This document shows positions 50,485-62,478 of a DNA stretch of 64,000 nucleotides, in pieces (position 1 is the stretch's first letter; every line of letters starts with the position of its first letter). The notes beneath the pieces are model-generated. The model had not been told where the DNA came from, ran no database searches, and was given only the letters and a program-made list of their open reading frames with translations. The DNA lies in assembly GCA_001949185.1 (NCBI GenBank), contig BDGG01000001.1:2373324-2437323 (forward strand). The letters run 5' to 3'. Origin of the DNA: Ramazzottius varieornatus. Its lineage: Eukaryota; Animalia; Tardigrada. A program made the translations under genes and the position numbers.

Positions 50485-51504
50485 CTACTTTCGAGAGACC
50501 TTCTCGGATTCGGAATGGGTTTCGCCATGAGAATGCGTTTGCCCAGCTGCGCTGTCTAGGGTGACTATTTGAACAGAAAGATAGGTTAAAATTATTGACC
50601 AATTTCGACAGCATACTGTTACCGTTAGAGCTGAAAACGAACTTTCCGTACCTTCGATCTTCTGGTCGAACTTGCTGTGCTCCAAGGCTTGGCGAGCCAT
50701 CTGTCGCTGACGGTCGAGTTCCTTCTTGGCATAACGAGATTCAAGATCGAGCTGTCTCTTCTGTTGCTCAATGGCGGCCTCGACAAGCTCTTTTCGGAAT
50801 CTAGAAAACAAAAATGAAGCATGTCAGTGCTTCACTTTACAGAAGGAAGTTACTACTGCACTGCTTCTTGGGTACTGGGCTTGGGTTTGCCGACAAATTT
50901 GGGCCTAGTGAACTTACTCGACGTCTCGGTGGTGTTGCTTCTCCAGCTCCTTGCGGATCTTTTCACTTTCAGCTTCTTGTTCCTGTACCGGCAAATTACA
51001 CAATGTGAGTGAGTTATTGTGCGATTATTCTTCGACGCCTTATTTGACCTTTCGGTAAAGTTCGGTGCGGCGGGCAATTTCCTTCTCGAAGATTTTGGTC
51101 AGGTGTTCCTGCTCTGCCATCTTGGCCTCGTAGTCGCGTTGGGCCTCGGCTTGAAGTTGGGGTGAATCGTATATCTCCATATTCTGGACTCCGGCGGAAA
51201 TTCGAGAGATCGAGGCGTGGAACCCTTCGCCTATGAACAGAAAGCTAGTGACCCTAGCACGCGGAGAACTCGAGAAACATCGGAAAATATGCATTATCGA
51301 CTTACCGACGAGTTCCTTAGCGAGACCTTCCGAGGAGCTCATGAAGACGGGAGTGGGAAGCTGCGGCATGCGGACCTCGGTGTGGACATAGCTGGTGTGT
51401 TGCTCCTTGTTGGCTTCATGCACTTGTCCATCCTGTGGTTGCCCGTTAGTTCCGGTGCTGTACTGATTCTGTTCCCACTGGACGTTTTGCTGTTGGGTCG
51501 ACAT
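50485..51504 (-). CDS. CAHS: Cytosolic-abundant heat-soluble protein (tardigrade anhydrobiosis protein), 5 coding exons
   Basis: HTSYVHTEVRMP...SSEGLAKELVG|EGFHASISRIS, EIARRTELYRK|EQEAESEKIRKELEKQHHRDVE|FRKELVEAAIEQQKRQLDLESRYAKKELDRQRQMARQALEHSKF...|VTLDSAAGQT. These are the CAHS motif-2/motif-1 helical repeats. Confidence 0.95.
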
Positions 51505-51607
51505 GGTAGGGCTTGGAGAGTGAGGTAATGACGGTTGAGTATTCCGACAACTTCCTGAAAGACCAAAATTGACAACTAAAACACCGCGACGACCGTTAGC
51601 AGAACGC

Positions 51608-51614
51608 TTTTATA
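51608..51614 (-). promoter_or_regulatory. Candidate TATA box of CAHS
   Basis: TATAAAA on the minus strand ~105 nt above the CAHS ATG, with an Inr-like TTAGTT ~35 nt downstream. An acceptor at ~51555 could instead place this inside a 5'UTR intron. Confidence 0.3.
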
Positions 51615-52050
51615 GAATATGTCGGTCCACGCACATAGTTTACTTGGACACGTCTACAATCGGTGGTTACGGTACACGTACTGGGAACATCCTGCGGTCC
51701 TCTTACATGCTTCAGTAGAGACCGGCATCGAGGCTGTTATTACAAAGTCCGGAAGCAGACGCCGGCATTTCCCATGTTGGATGTGATATCGATGGCAAGA
51801 TGACCTCCGGTCGTCTTGCCGTTAGACTTTGCACCATTCTTCTGGCAAACAAGATTGTTAATGTCCAGACGTTCCGTCGGCATACCATCTCCGCGTGCAA
51901 ATGTAGCACTCGTTTTCGGTCGGACTCTGGCATAGGATTACACTACGGACAAACCAAAATCGCTCTGACAACCCAAGAGAAAAAGACTCTACTTTTTGGC
52001 AACTAAAAGACTGCCAGCTACCGGAAGCCGACAGTGACAAGAGTGGAAGC

Positions 52051-52458
52051 GAATGATGAGCATTACATTTTACATTACAATTACACTTGAAATGTAGATG
52101 TAAAATGTAATTACAACTTTTACCTGCCAGAATCTGCGGTAGTTTTGAGTATCTTGCCGCCAAAAATCTAAAGTTCGGCTGACTTACGTGGAAAAATGTC
52201 AGAAACTTCCTGAGTATGGTCATTCTGCAACCGTATTTTTATGTTTGTCTGGAAGACAATTACTAAGACTATATTCTATGCAAATATAGACATAGCTGGT
52301 TCGTCGTTTTCGTCGCTCCTTGTCACTTTCAGGCGTCACAAACCGCTCGGTCTGTAAAGTATAAACTAGTGTAAAATTTAATTACACTTTTACAAAAAAC
52401 AATGTTTTACATTACACTTTACATCACACAGACCATCTGCGCGTAATGCTCATCATTA
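52051..52458. mobile_element. hAT-type MITE (408 bp)
   Basis: TIR (g)AATGATGAGCATTAC / GTAATGCTCATCATT(a). Perfect 8-bp TSD GTGGAAGC at 52043-52050 and 52459-52466. Subterminal TTACA/TGTAA repeats. Confidence 0.85.
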
Positions 52459-53379
52459 GTGGAAGCTGACTAGGTGGTGCGCACACGCGCAGACTGCCTA
52501 CGCTCGTCACATTGCGCATCATTTCGACGGGCGGAGCTAATAATTGACGTATTTGCAGACTGACAGCTGTCTGTCATTCAAGTATCTCTTTTCCTGTCTG
52601 CTTTTAATCTTTTCAATGGCGCGACAGTTTTCAAACTTTTAAGAGTCGGTATTGATGTTTCTCGTCTTCTGAGTTCTGGCCAATTGTGTAAAGGCGGAGA
52701 AAAAAACGAAAAGAATAACAGTCATCAAACGGATCAAAAACAGAGAACTCAATAAGGAGACAGTAAATAGCCAGGGAGCAGACAGGATAGGTCGTGCTTC
52801 CTTCACCCTGCAAACTTCTTTACATTTGGAACTCCAACGTTTGGAGTTCCAACAGAAATGCTTAGCTCACTGGTTGCCGATGGTAACACTGGAGGCACGG
52901 AATTCCCGGAGGATTCAAGTCCACGACGGAGATGCGCTCGTGAAAGTCTTCTTACCCATCTTCTGTTTATCAGACTTCCGCTTCCCCTAGTTCTGATTCC
53001 TTGACGATGATCGAGATGTCAGTCTGAAAATAATATATCAGTGATAAACTCTGAACGTCGCACAAAGTCACTCGAAAATTCTATGGCTTCAGTTCCGGCG
53101 ATGCTTTGCGAATTTATCTCCGCAGCAAATCAACGATCAACGATACGCGGTTGTGAGAGGCACACTGCGAAAATAAGATCCGATGTGCTAGCCTCTGAAT
53201 GCGCTAAATCCGGGACAAATTGGCGGATTGCACTGCGGGATTGACGCTGAGAGCTGTAGATTCAACTGGCGAACTTACAGTTGTAGTTTTGCGGTAATAG
53301 TGCGCTAATTCAAATCGACCGTAGTGTCTTATTCCCATTGTGCTCGCTTAAATTAGGCCACTGTGTGATTTGAATTACG

Positions 53380-53966
53380 TAAGGTTGTAAATTCCAGGCC
53401 GAATGCCCTTGGAGTGGAAAAGGAAATAAATAGAAAAGGAATCCTTACTATTCCTATATTCCTATTTCCTTTTCCAGAAGGTCCTCGTAAAAATCTGGAA
53501 TTCCAAAGTCCCACTTGTCAGTTTAGTTATTTTTATAAACCCATCTAAAACAGTAAACATGATCTGAAGTCATCAACAAATATTGGTTTTGAGACTGAAA
53601 GCCAGCTGGAGACTGGCCGATCCGAACTTTCGGTCTTGCCGGACCTGAAAGTCCAAGGGAAAATCAACGTCTTACGCACAGCTGAATGCGCCGCATACTT
53701 TAGTGCGACGGATCGAAAATGCTATTGGTCGTTCAGCTGAACGACCAATTGGCCTTAGTGGTACGCATGTGTGAGCCAGCATCGGGTTCAGTTTTTCGAC
53801 AGGATCTGTTGGATCTTCGACTGATTACCTCGTGGAATTCCTAAGTTTTCTCCGATTTTTGCTAGTTTTCCAAATAGGAATTCCACGGCTACCCCTTGGA
53901 ACGGAACGGAATTCCAGGAATGGAACGGAATTTGGAAAGGAATGGAATTAGGAATTTACAACCTTA
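53380..53966. mobile_element. hAT-type MITE (587 bp)
   Basis: Perfect 16-bp TIR TAAGGTTGTAAATTCC / GGAATTTACAACCTTA. Perfect 8-bp TSD GAATTACG at 53372-53379 and 53967-53974. Subterminal GGAAT/ATTCC repeats. Confidence 0.92.
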
Positions 53967-54875
53967 GAATTACGAACTAAAATACTGTGATCATTTTCCA
54001 CTTGAATTTGAATTCCGATTTATATCGAAATACGTTGGCGAAAGGATCTCAATTCGAATTCTCGTATCGGAATTCCAAAGAGGCTAAAATCAGCCGTTTT
54101 CAATCGTGTATTACAATAATCGGAACAACACTGCTCATAGTGATGTGCGCGCAGGAAGTGAAAGCTGACCGAATGAGTATTGGCAATGGCCTCACTTTGA
54201 CTCTACTTTCCCTCTCCAATATCTCTCCAGCATGTCGGCTCTTTTTTTCATGGGAAAAGTTGCTCGGTCAAAGGTGTAAAGCTTAGGTTAACTCAGACCA
54301 CCCTCTTACATCTGCGTCTGAAAGGAGGCACTAGAGACTTTCACCGTTCCATACTTGTTCAAAAGTCCGAGGCTCACGCGCCACTCCCTTCAAAAAAGCT
54401 TGCCTCGAAGAAGGAAGGAATCCGAAGTGCTCGATTCGGTATTAGTTAAGACCGAGTGCCTTTAATATGGAACTTTTCAACTTGTCGCTGTATTTGCGTA
54501 ATACGTCCGACTCAAAGACTGCCGAACAGTCCGGTACAAAAACCCGAAGACTTAGAGTTCGAACCTCTGCACTTTGCAGTCCGCACTTCGGGGCAAGAGG
54601 ACCGCATCAAGAACTGATAAAATCGACAACCGGAGAAACAAAGGTTAAAATAACCACACGGTGGTGACGGCACACACCGACGAGCAAGATGAATGAGTTG
54701 ATTCGGATGTCGGGTTGATTAAACGAGTACAGTGCACATCAAAAAATAGCAGAAGTTCATCCATCAAAGATTTCTCCCAAAGCTGCAGGATCTTCCTTCG
54801 CACCGTCCTATCTGGATGCTGCATGATCCGCAAAGTCCGCGCGTGAAACTGCATAGCTGGTGACTCATAGGCACC

Positions 54876-56505
54876 ATGTCGTCGATCATCCTGACCGAAT
54901 GGTCCATCTCCATGTGTGAATCGCTGCTGAACTGGGACGACTCTTCGAGCAAACAGGTGGACAGGTTATCCCAGCTCCAAAACATCAAGTCGCTCCAAAG
55001 ACAGCCACAGTCCTCCATACCTCCTTCGCGTCTCGACCTCGCTCTACATGCAACGCGGTGTTTAGCAGAGAAGTCCCTTCGATATCCTAGCATCGTCAAC
55101 GGCAGCCTGCAGTCCGAATCCATCACATACGCCACTTTCGGCTCTGCTGGACTGCAGAACGTCTCTTCTCGTTATGAGGACTTCCGGGACGGAATAGCGC
55201 TCGCAACTGCATCTCAGCCCTTCACCAAAGCATCCTACGTTTCGCTGTTCTCTTCTTTGCAGATGCTGCTGAAGACAGTCAAAACTTCAGCTTACGTGGT
55301 GGTGTTCTGCAGTACAACCGGAAGTGCTTCTGCCATTAGCGAATTCCGCTCGCTTACATCCGAACAACGTCTCGCGTTGCTGCCTTTGCCTAATGCAGAC
55401 TTGCAGATCGTCCCAATTGGCAAAGGCTCTGTGGAGGACTTCGAAGCGCTGGACTTCTTTCAAGAGTTGATCACGCTGAATGACGGTGAAGGACGGTCAA
55501 GCTCGAAGCTGAACTGGTCGCCGAATTTTGTCAAGCGGAAGTCGTTGCAGAAGTCCTATTTCGATTTAATTAATTTCGATTTGGCCATCGATGCGATGGC
55601 CAAACTTTTATATCGGCCTTTCTCCGCCACGCTATTCTTAGGCGAACTGTCAGGAAGGGTCCAGTTAGTTCCTAGTCCGATGAGTTTGCGTGGTGGTTTC
55701 CAGTCCTTCTCCGAAGACTTCCGGATCCTGGGGACGTTGGAGAAAGCCGTGGTGGACAAGCTGTCGCATCCACTACGGACTTACTACGTTCTTCCCAGCG
55801 ATAACCACCCGAACGGAGCAAGTAACGTTAATCCAGCTGAAGAACCGCACTTGGCTCCTTACCTTCATGCCTCCCTCCGCGTCTTAGCCACGCATCCTAA
55901 CCAACCTCTGGTCCTCCTAGTCTGCATAGGTACTGTTATTTGAGAAATGTCTCCTGGTTATGTACTGATGTCGTTCCTGTTTCTGAACAGGTAAAGCTTG
56001 GTACGGGTACATCGAACCGACGGAGGACCTGAAAACTCGCAAGAAGTCCGGCTTAGTTCTCCAAGCATTCCCAACAGGAGCCACAATCACCGATCGGCCA
56101 GTTCTCGATGAAGACCTCGACGCCACTTCAGTCCACGGCTCCGACATTCCAAGTTACAGTACCGGAAGCAGCTTCATACCTGTCTACACAAGCGTCGAAG
56201 CAGTCACCTCGGACATTGGTCGGGTAAGTCGCATCAGCCGGAAGCTTCCGGAGAGGAAAGAAGCATTCTTTACAGAACTGAACAAGCTGCGACTTCACGC
56301 ATTCGCCACATGTAATTTTGCCTTCTTCGAACAATTAATTCGAGCTTTGGAAAAGGAAAGGGTGCTATTGAAAGACGGGACTGCCATGGCGGAAGTGGAC
56401 AATGTCATGCAGCAGCTTCGAGCTGATGGAGAAAAGCTCAATACGATGGGTGCTTTGGTTTCGATCAGTGGCGTTCAGTACCCCATCGTGTCACAGAGTC
56501 ACTGA
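54876..56505 (+). CDS. INTS14: Integrator complex subunit 14 (VWA9), divergent, 2 exons
   Basis: Collinear with INTS14: LITLNDGEG, YRPFSATLFLGELSGRVQLVPSP, LHASLRV, WYGYI...KKSGLVLQAFPTG, RKLPERKEAFFTELNKLRLHA. Confidence 0.8.
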
Positions 56506-56833
56506 ATTTGGTTTCGAGTTCCCTTCTGAGGACGATTTATTTTACCTAAATTTGACGCGTAAATTATTTCGAAGATCTGAGTGAAGCATTGGAACAGTAT
56601 TGAAATACTTTTGTGCCAGAAAGAACTGTGATCGGCTTACGAAGCCAAACCAAAAATACATTGCAGAGGAGACTGTGCTGGAAATAAGTTAGAAGTTAAA
56701 AAAATCATACATTCCGGTGACAGTTCAGCAAGTGTGGTTGTGAAGGAAGTTCGTCCTTAACAGATACGGAATCATCGAGCAAGCTAGACGTCTTTCCATC
56801 CGCACAGCGGTATAGGCGATACATCGGTCAGAG

Positions 56834-57295
56834 TTAAGCTGAGATCGTCGGTGAATATTCGATGTCAGATCTTTCGTGTCCGTCACCAGCTTCCTCGTCC
56901 TTTCGAGTGCGTTTCTTGTCGCGAAGAAGCAGGTCGAGCTTTGAAGGAGCTCGTAACGTTGCACGTGCCGTGAAGTACTCCCGGTCGTCTTTCGGCATCC
57001 TCGAGTAGAACTCGCGGATCTTGGCTATGGCCAGCTGACAGTTGTGTTCGGGTTCCCAGGAGGTGTTCGGGTTCCCAGACTCGGAGAAGCCCGTCCAGCG
57101 TACTAGGTACTCTAATCCACCGCAGTCGTTCACTCGCACTCCACGAATTTCTTCCACATACCAGTAAGGTGGTCTTTCCGGCACGGTGGCGTTGTCTTTG
57201 GCTTCTACAGGAATTCTTTTGGTGCTGGAGACGGGAATGTGCTGTCGGAAGATATGCTTCGTCGCCTCGGAACCTCCCCCGATCTTTTTCTTCAT
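56834..57295 (-). CDS. Small single-exon chromodomain protein
   Basis: YWYVEEIRGVRVNDCGGLEYLVRWTGFSESGNPNTSWEPEHNC is a canonical chromodomain. Basic N- and C-terminal patches. No shadow domain. Confidence 0.8.
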   Translation of the reverse strand: MKKKIGGGSEATKHIFRQHIPVSSTKRIPVEAKDNATVPERPPYWYVEEIRGVRVNDCGGLEYLVRWTGFSESGNPNTSWEPEHNCQLAIAKIREFYSRMPKDDREYFTARATLRAPSKLDLLLRDKKRTRKDEEAGDGHERSDIEYSPTISA

Positions 57296-58148
57296 GGTGG
57301 GAACCAACGAAAGAGCTACGTTTTTCACGTAAGCCGAAGATAACTGCCGCAGGCGATTATACAGCAAGGAATGGAAAAAAATGAGAAGTGTGAATGGATA
57401 TCCGTCCTAACTGGGTGTAATTCACGGTGAAGATTCGGCGCGAAACGCGAACAGTCGATAGAAGGAATCAAGAGTAGTAACCTTTTGATAAAGCGATCAT
57501 CCTTTGTGGCAGCAATATTAGGGCAGTAACGACGGATTAAGAAGGTAAGTTTATGGTATTTGACGGTAATTTGTCCTTCGAAACATATGGTTTGGAGTGG
57601 AAGCGATCTCGTAATCACGTACAGCTCAGCTGTAATTTCTGCCGCGTTCGGCGTAAAGAAGGTGATGACTCAATATTTTCCTCTGCGCTTTTACGTTCCT
57701 TCAACGACGGGAGAAAAGCCAGTCTGATAACCGCTTTTCGATTTTACTGCCAACATTGATGCAGTAGGCAAGAGCCACAGTGAGTTTGCTGAGGAAATTT
57801 ACACTTCAAGAGAAGCACACAAAGACAGAAAGAAACGATCGATAGCCAGCGAATGAGATCCCATGTGCATGAACCTTTCATCCTACTGTACGCCAACAAG
57901 ATCCAGAAGAGAAAAATAAGCACTGCGTACGATCGAACCCGATGAAAACTGCAACGAATGTGGTGGTAGAGCACATAAACCTTTCTACCATTAGCAAACT
58001 GGAGAAAGAAAGATTACCCAGTAAAAGCATTAACAAAAGAGAGGAATTAAACGTACGTGAAATGAATATATTGACAAACTACAACGATTAGGCATGCGAA
58101 CCTTCACGAGAGCCATGATCTTTGGTAATTCTCCCACGCTGCGCCCAT

Positions 58149-60828
58149 CTAGATTTTCTTCGTCTTCACGAAGCGATTTGTACCGTCCACTGCTGCGGAC
58201 GCAGCGACGGCTTGTGCTCCACCAAATCGTTTGGCTCTTGCCTCCAATTCTAAAGATTTGAATAGTCAGAAAAAAAGCCGAAAACTAAACTCTCATCAAC
58301 CACGCGGCACACCGACCAGCAACGGTATCCGAACATCAAGCACTTGCATACGTAAGTGCAGTGAGCCAGCCGGTGTACAGGTGCATGCAATTCGGTTACA
58401 GATTGAACCGCATGCGCCTGCATACAGGATCACCATGCATCACCAGTTCCGCGCGAGTATGCAAGTACACGCAGTACGTGTGGTTACAGCTAGTTTGCCG
58501 ACTGCCCATACTAAGATTTTGTCCCTTACTGGTTTGATCAGCTGCCGGTGCGTTAAGGGAAATCTTGGTTCGTGTATTAGAGCCGGCAGTTTTCTGCTGA
58601 CCCTGTCCATTGCCGGACAGATACGGAAATTTGTTTGCACGGATGTTGCTACCTCCAGAGGAGCCGTTAGCATCGCTGGTGATTCGTTTCGTCCGAATTT
58701 TGCTGCAAAACACAGTTGAAACATCCATCAAATTATCGGACCCTTTTCGACAAACATTAATGTCGACTACACAGTGTACACATCTGAAACTACTTGTATC
58801 AGCGACTCACCCGCCAGCCGTAGCTGTAGTGGATGAGTGGGTAATGGGTTCCCTTTCAGACGATACTGCTCCAGCGTTCTCCTGCAAAAGACAGAATAGA
58901 CTTCTCGTCCATGTCGGTAACGGCAACAGGAACGTACCTTCTTCCATGACAGATGGATTGTATCTTTGAAATGAGGAGGGTTATGGAAAAACTCCAGAAT
59001 GTGAGATTTGATGTTTGCAGTTGTCCGCCGGGTAGCTTCGGCTCTTTTTATCTGAAAGACGATAACAATATGATCTTATGCAATATTCTCCGATAACTAC
59101 CAATATGACTGAAAGTGCTAATGTTTTCAAAACCTACTGCGTCTGCGTCGGATTCCTTTCCAAAACTTTTCTGCATGTATAACTGCATACAGCTGGAGAA
59201 GTACTGCAACCTGCAGAAAGTCATCGTTTATCCCGATTCCTGCTCATGTCTAGACAGAGCACCTGAGAAATTTCTCAAGTATTCTTCTTACTTGGACCGA
59301 AGCAACTGAAATTGGGCCGCGTTCTCCGTAATGAATTGTGGATGGCGCTTCCCCAGTAGATGAAAGGCACAGAGGAGACACTCGACTGCTGCGAAATGGA
59401 GTGGAGGCAATTCATGCTCCGTGTCCATTGAGGTGTCGACAGGAGCGGAAGGCAACACGTCCTACGAACGTACAAGTTGTTATTATTCTGTCCAGTAACA
59501 TTCGAAAAGTACCGAAGGCTTACAAGAAGTTTCTGAAGGATGCCGCCAAGGTTTCCTTGATAGTTCTTCAGTTCACCAACCGAACTACACAATTCAGCGA
59601 AGACTTGTAGAACAGGAACGTTGGTCTCCACTGTGTCCACGGAGATGGAGGGGATGATGTGATCGCAAAAGTATTCGACGAGTTTGGTGGACTGAATAAT
59701 CCTCTACAACACATACATGATTACCAAGTACGTACCAATGAGAAAAGGCAGGGTTACCGAGAAGAGCGGAAGTGCGTGCCGACAACAAGCAATTAGCCTT
59801 TCGGCTCTTGCAGGTGTCAACGAAGCGTAGGGAGTCTTGGTGCCCATACAATCCACGAGGACGTCCACCAGCATCTGTCCTCCAGTCAACGTCTGGAAGA
59901 ACTTCATGGTGGCCAGAGAACCTACTAAGTTCTCGAACTCTTCAGCAGTGGCCTCTGGGAGAATCTGCGACGAGCAATTCGTGGATAAGCATGTCCTGAA
60001 TTCCATACATCAATATGAAACTACCTTCTTGTATTCTGTGATCAAGAGCGTAGCGATTTCAGTATTGTTAGCCGTGGGTGGAAGTTCGCCCAGCTTCGTC
60101 CTCAGGAACATGATGGCGGGCTTGCGAATGATATCTTCGGCGCTGACGATCTGATCCAAGAGTCCTTCTAACGCCTCTGTGAACCGAAAGAGACTTACAG
60201 CTTTTTTTTATGGTACAAATAAATAAAGAGATATTTACGTTTTGGTTCCAACTTCAGAAGCTTCACCAAGCATTGCTGCAGGCCTTTCACTTCGTTCACG
60301 TCGGCCAGTCCGTACATTTGGATCAAGAGATCGGCGACCCGTTTCACATAGCTAGGGTTAATCTTGCAGATCTCCACCAAGGTTTCCGTCGCCGACTTCC
60401 TTATCTACAACGAGTACATTTAGGGCTTACAGAGAACAAGATCACACTCTATTCGAAGCTTCGAGCTTCCGTCATCCGTAGGACATCATTACTGCAAGAT
60501 CCGTATCGACGCAGAGTTCGGCCAACGCTTGAATGGATCGTTCCCCTTCTTCCGGATAGTATTTGAACAGGCGACCAATAAAGTCTGCACTGAGTTTCTT
60601 GGCGCCGGTGTTGTCCTTCAGATTCACCGCGGAGAGAATTTCCAGATATTTACCCCGATGCTGAAAATATAGCAGCTAACAGTTTCCAAATGTCAAGCAA
60701 TCAGGCATAAGTTCCAGTGGACAAATGACAATTCGACACAGACTTACTTCAGGTTTGGATTCCGCGCTGTCAATCGCCATGAAGTTTTCGTACAAACTAG
60801 CGACTGGATCGGCAGCCTTCAGAGCCAT
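58149..60828 (-). CDS. API5: Apoptosis inhibitor 5
   Basis: VASLYENF...|HRGKYLEILSAV...KKLSADFIGRLFKYYPE, KRVADLLIQM, IRKPAIMFLRTKL, ATAEEFE, LQVFAELC, LQYFS, IKSHILEFFHNPPHF. The last exon is inferred as KLEARAKRFG...KKI*. Confidence 0.85.
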
Positions 60829-61389
60829 GCTGCGACACGGTGCGAGTAGAATCAGACAAACAATGCGAAGGTAGGAAGGAGGTGATGTTCCGTGGAGGCG
60901 GTAGCGCGCTGATCGGAGTTTCTCCTCAAGCGAACAAGAACCACTACAGTACAGCTTATCCGCGCTCAGCTTACAGCTTATCACTGGGACTAAAGACAAG
61001 GGTTTGAAAAAGATGGCTTGCAAGATCGGGAAGAGGATGAGCCGGAATAAAAGAATGGCTGCCGGATTTACTGGATGAAAAACATTGGAAATGGAAACAG
61101 GATTTGTTATGACTGATTCTTGATTGAGACATGGGCTTCATGTAAGGCTATTTGCCATGATGTCATGCGAAATCGCAATCACTATGATAAACTTTTGTTT
61201 TGGTTTAAAAGTTTTCTGAAGGATGAAAATGGCGTCTTATGAAATTCGTATGAGTACCTAACTGAGACCTGATTTGCATTCGTTGTGTTTATGACTTCAT
61301 GCATAACGTCATCTGTCTTTAGGTGTACGGAGTGAGCTTGTTTTTGGGTTTTGAGAGATTTGCCGGTTCATCCTTCTGAAAAGTCGAGG

Positions 61390-62478
61390 ATGGAGCGGAT
61401 GCATTCTACTTCCGGTCTAATGGACTACGATGGTGACGCTGTTCCCTTCCAGAATCCTAAAAGGAGCGTCTTCTGGGACTTCCCTGCACCAATTGACAAT
61501 AAGGCAAACGACCCGATAACCAAGAAGTTCAGCCAAAGGACGGAACTTAGCACCCAGGACAAGATGATGCATGTCTTAGACGAGGTGGAGACAATATATG
61601 AGACGTTCATTACCCTAATCTCAGCGCAGGATGCGTTGGCCTCCGATCCGACCGTAAGTTCTCTCCTCACGAACTGCAAAACCCCTTCGGTGGCATCTAC
61701 ATCAAGCGAAACGATCATTGGAGCGGAGAACCCTGCTGCGATGGTCGATTTCGAGAAAGGCGTGGAGGAAATAATGGAACTGCTAGCGGAACGTCAAAAT
61801 GACTTCAACAAGCTGGTCGGTCAGTATGAGATACTCTTCTCCTGACTATGATGTGTTAACGAAGTTGGTTTATGGATCTTTGTAGATGAGGCGAAGAAGG
61901 AAGTGGAAGTAGAAATAGCCATACGTTCGCTAACAGCAGAGTCCGAAAAGTTGAAGGAGCAAGTGATGTCTTTGCAAGGACGACTGAAAGAAGCCGAGCA
62001 AATCCTCTCTAACGCTCTGCATCTTACGAAACACAAGACAGAAACAGTGAAAGCAGCGGAAGATACTCAGTTGAATCTAGATGAGATCGTTCGTTATGCG
62101 CATCGCATAAGCGTGGGATACTCTGTCGCAGCGCCGGCCAATTGGATGCCCGGCGACCCCCGTCGGCCATATCCTACGGACCTGGAAATGCGCGCTGGAG
62201 TGCTAGCCAGGGTTAATTCGATACCGCCACCTCCGAACCAGATTCCGGATATGCCCACAGAAAACCTTACGAATGTAATGCAGAAGTTTGTGGGGAATAA
62301 CGCGGGACCCTATGTGATGGCGCCTCTTCCGCTTAGTCAAGCAACTACGCCGGCGGATGCAAATAAAGCGCAGACTGCTGCAAACTCGAACTTGCATCGA
62401 GAAACCTCGAGCGAAGAACCTGATGTGGAAACGATGTCGAGCGAGTCTTCGAGTACTTCTAGCAGTGAAGAAGAGTAG
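61390..62478 (+). CDS. MED4: Mediator subunit 4 (start approximate)
   Basis: Coiled coil, then EIVRYAHRISVGYSVAAPANWMPGDPRRPYPTDLEMRAG, then acidic/Ser tail DVETMSSESSSTSSSEEE. Confidence 0.92.

Noticed and set aside
54552-54568. tRNA T-arm/B-box-like AGAGTTCGAACCTCT
   Set aside because: No acceptor stem, D-arm or anticodon arm can be built around it.
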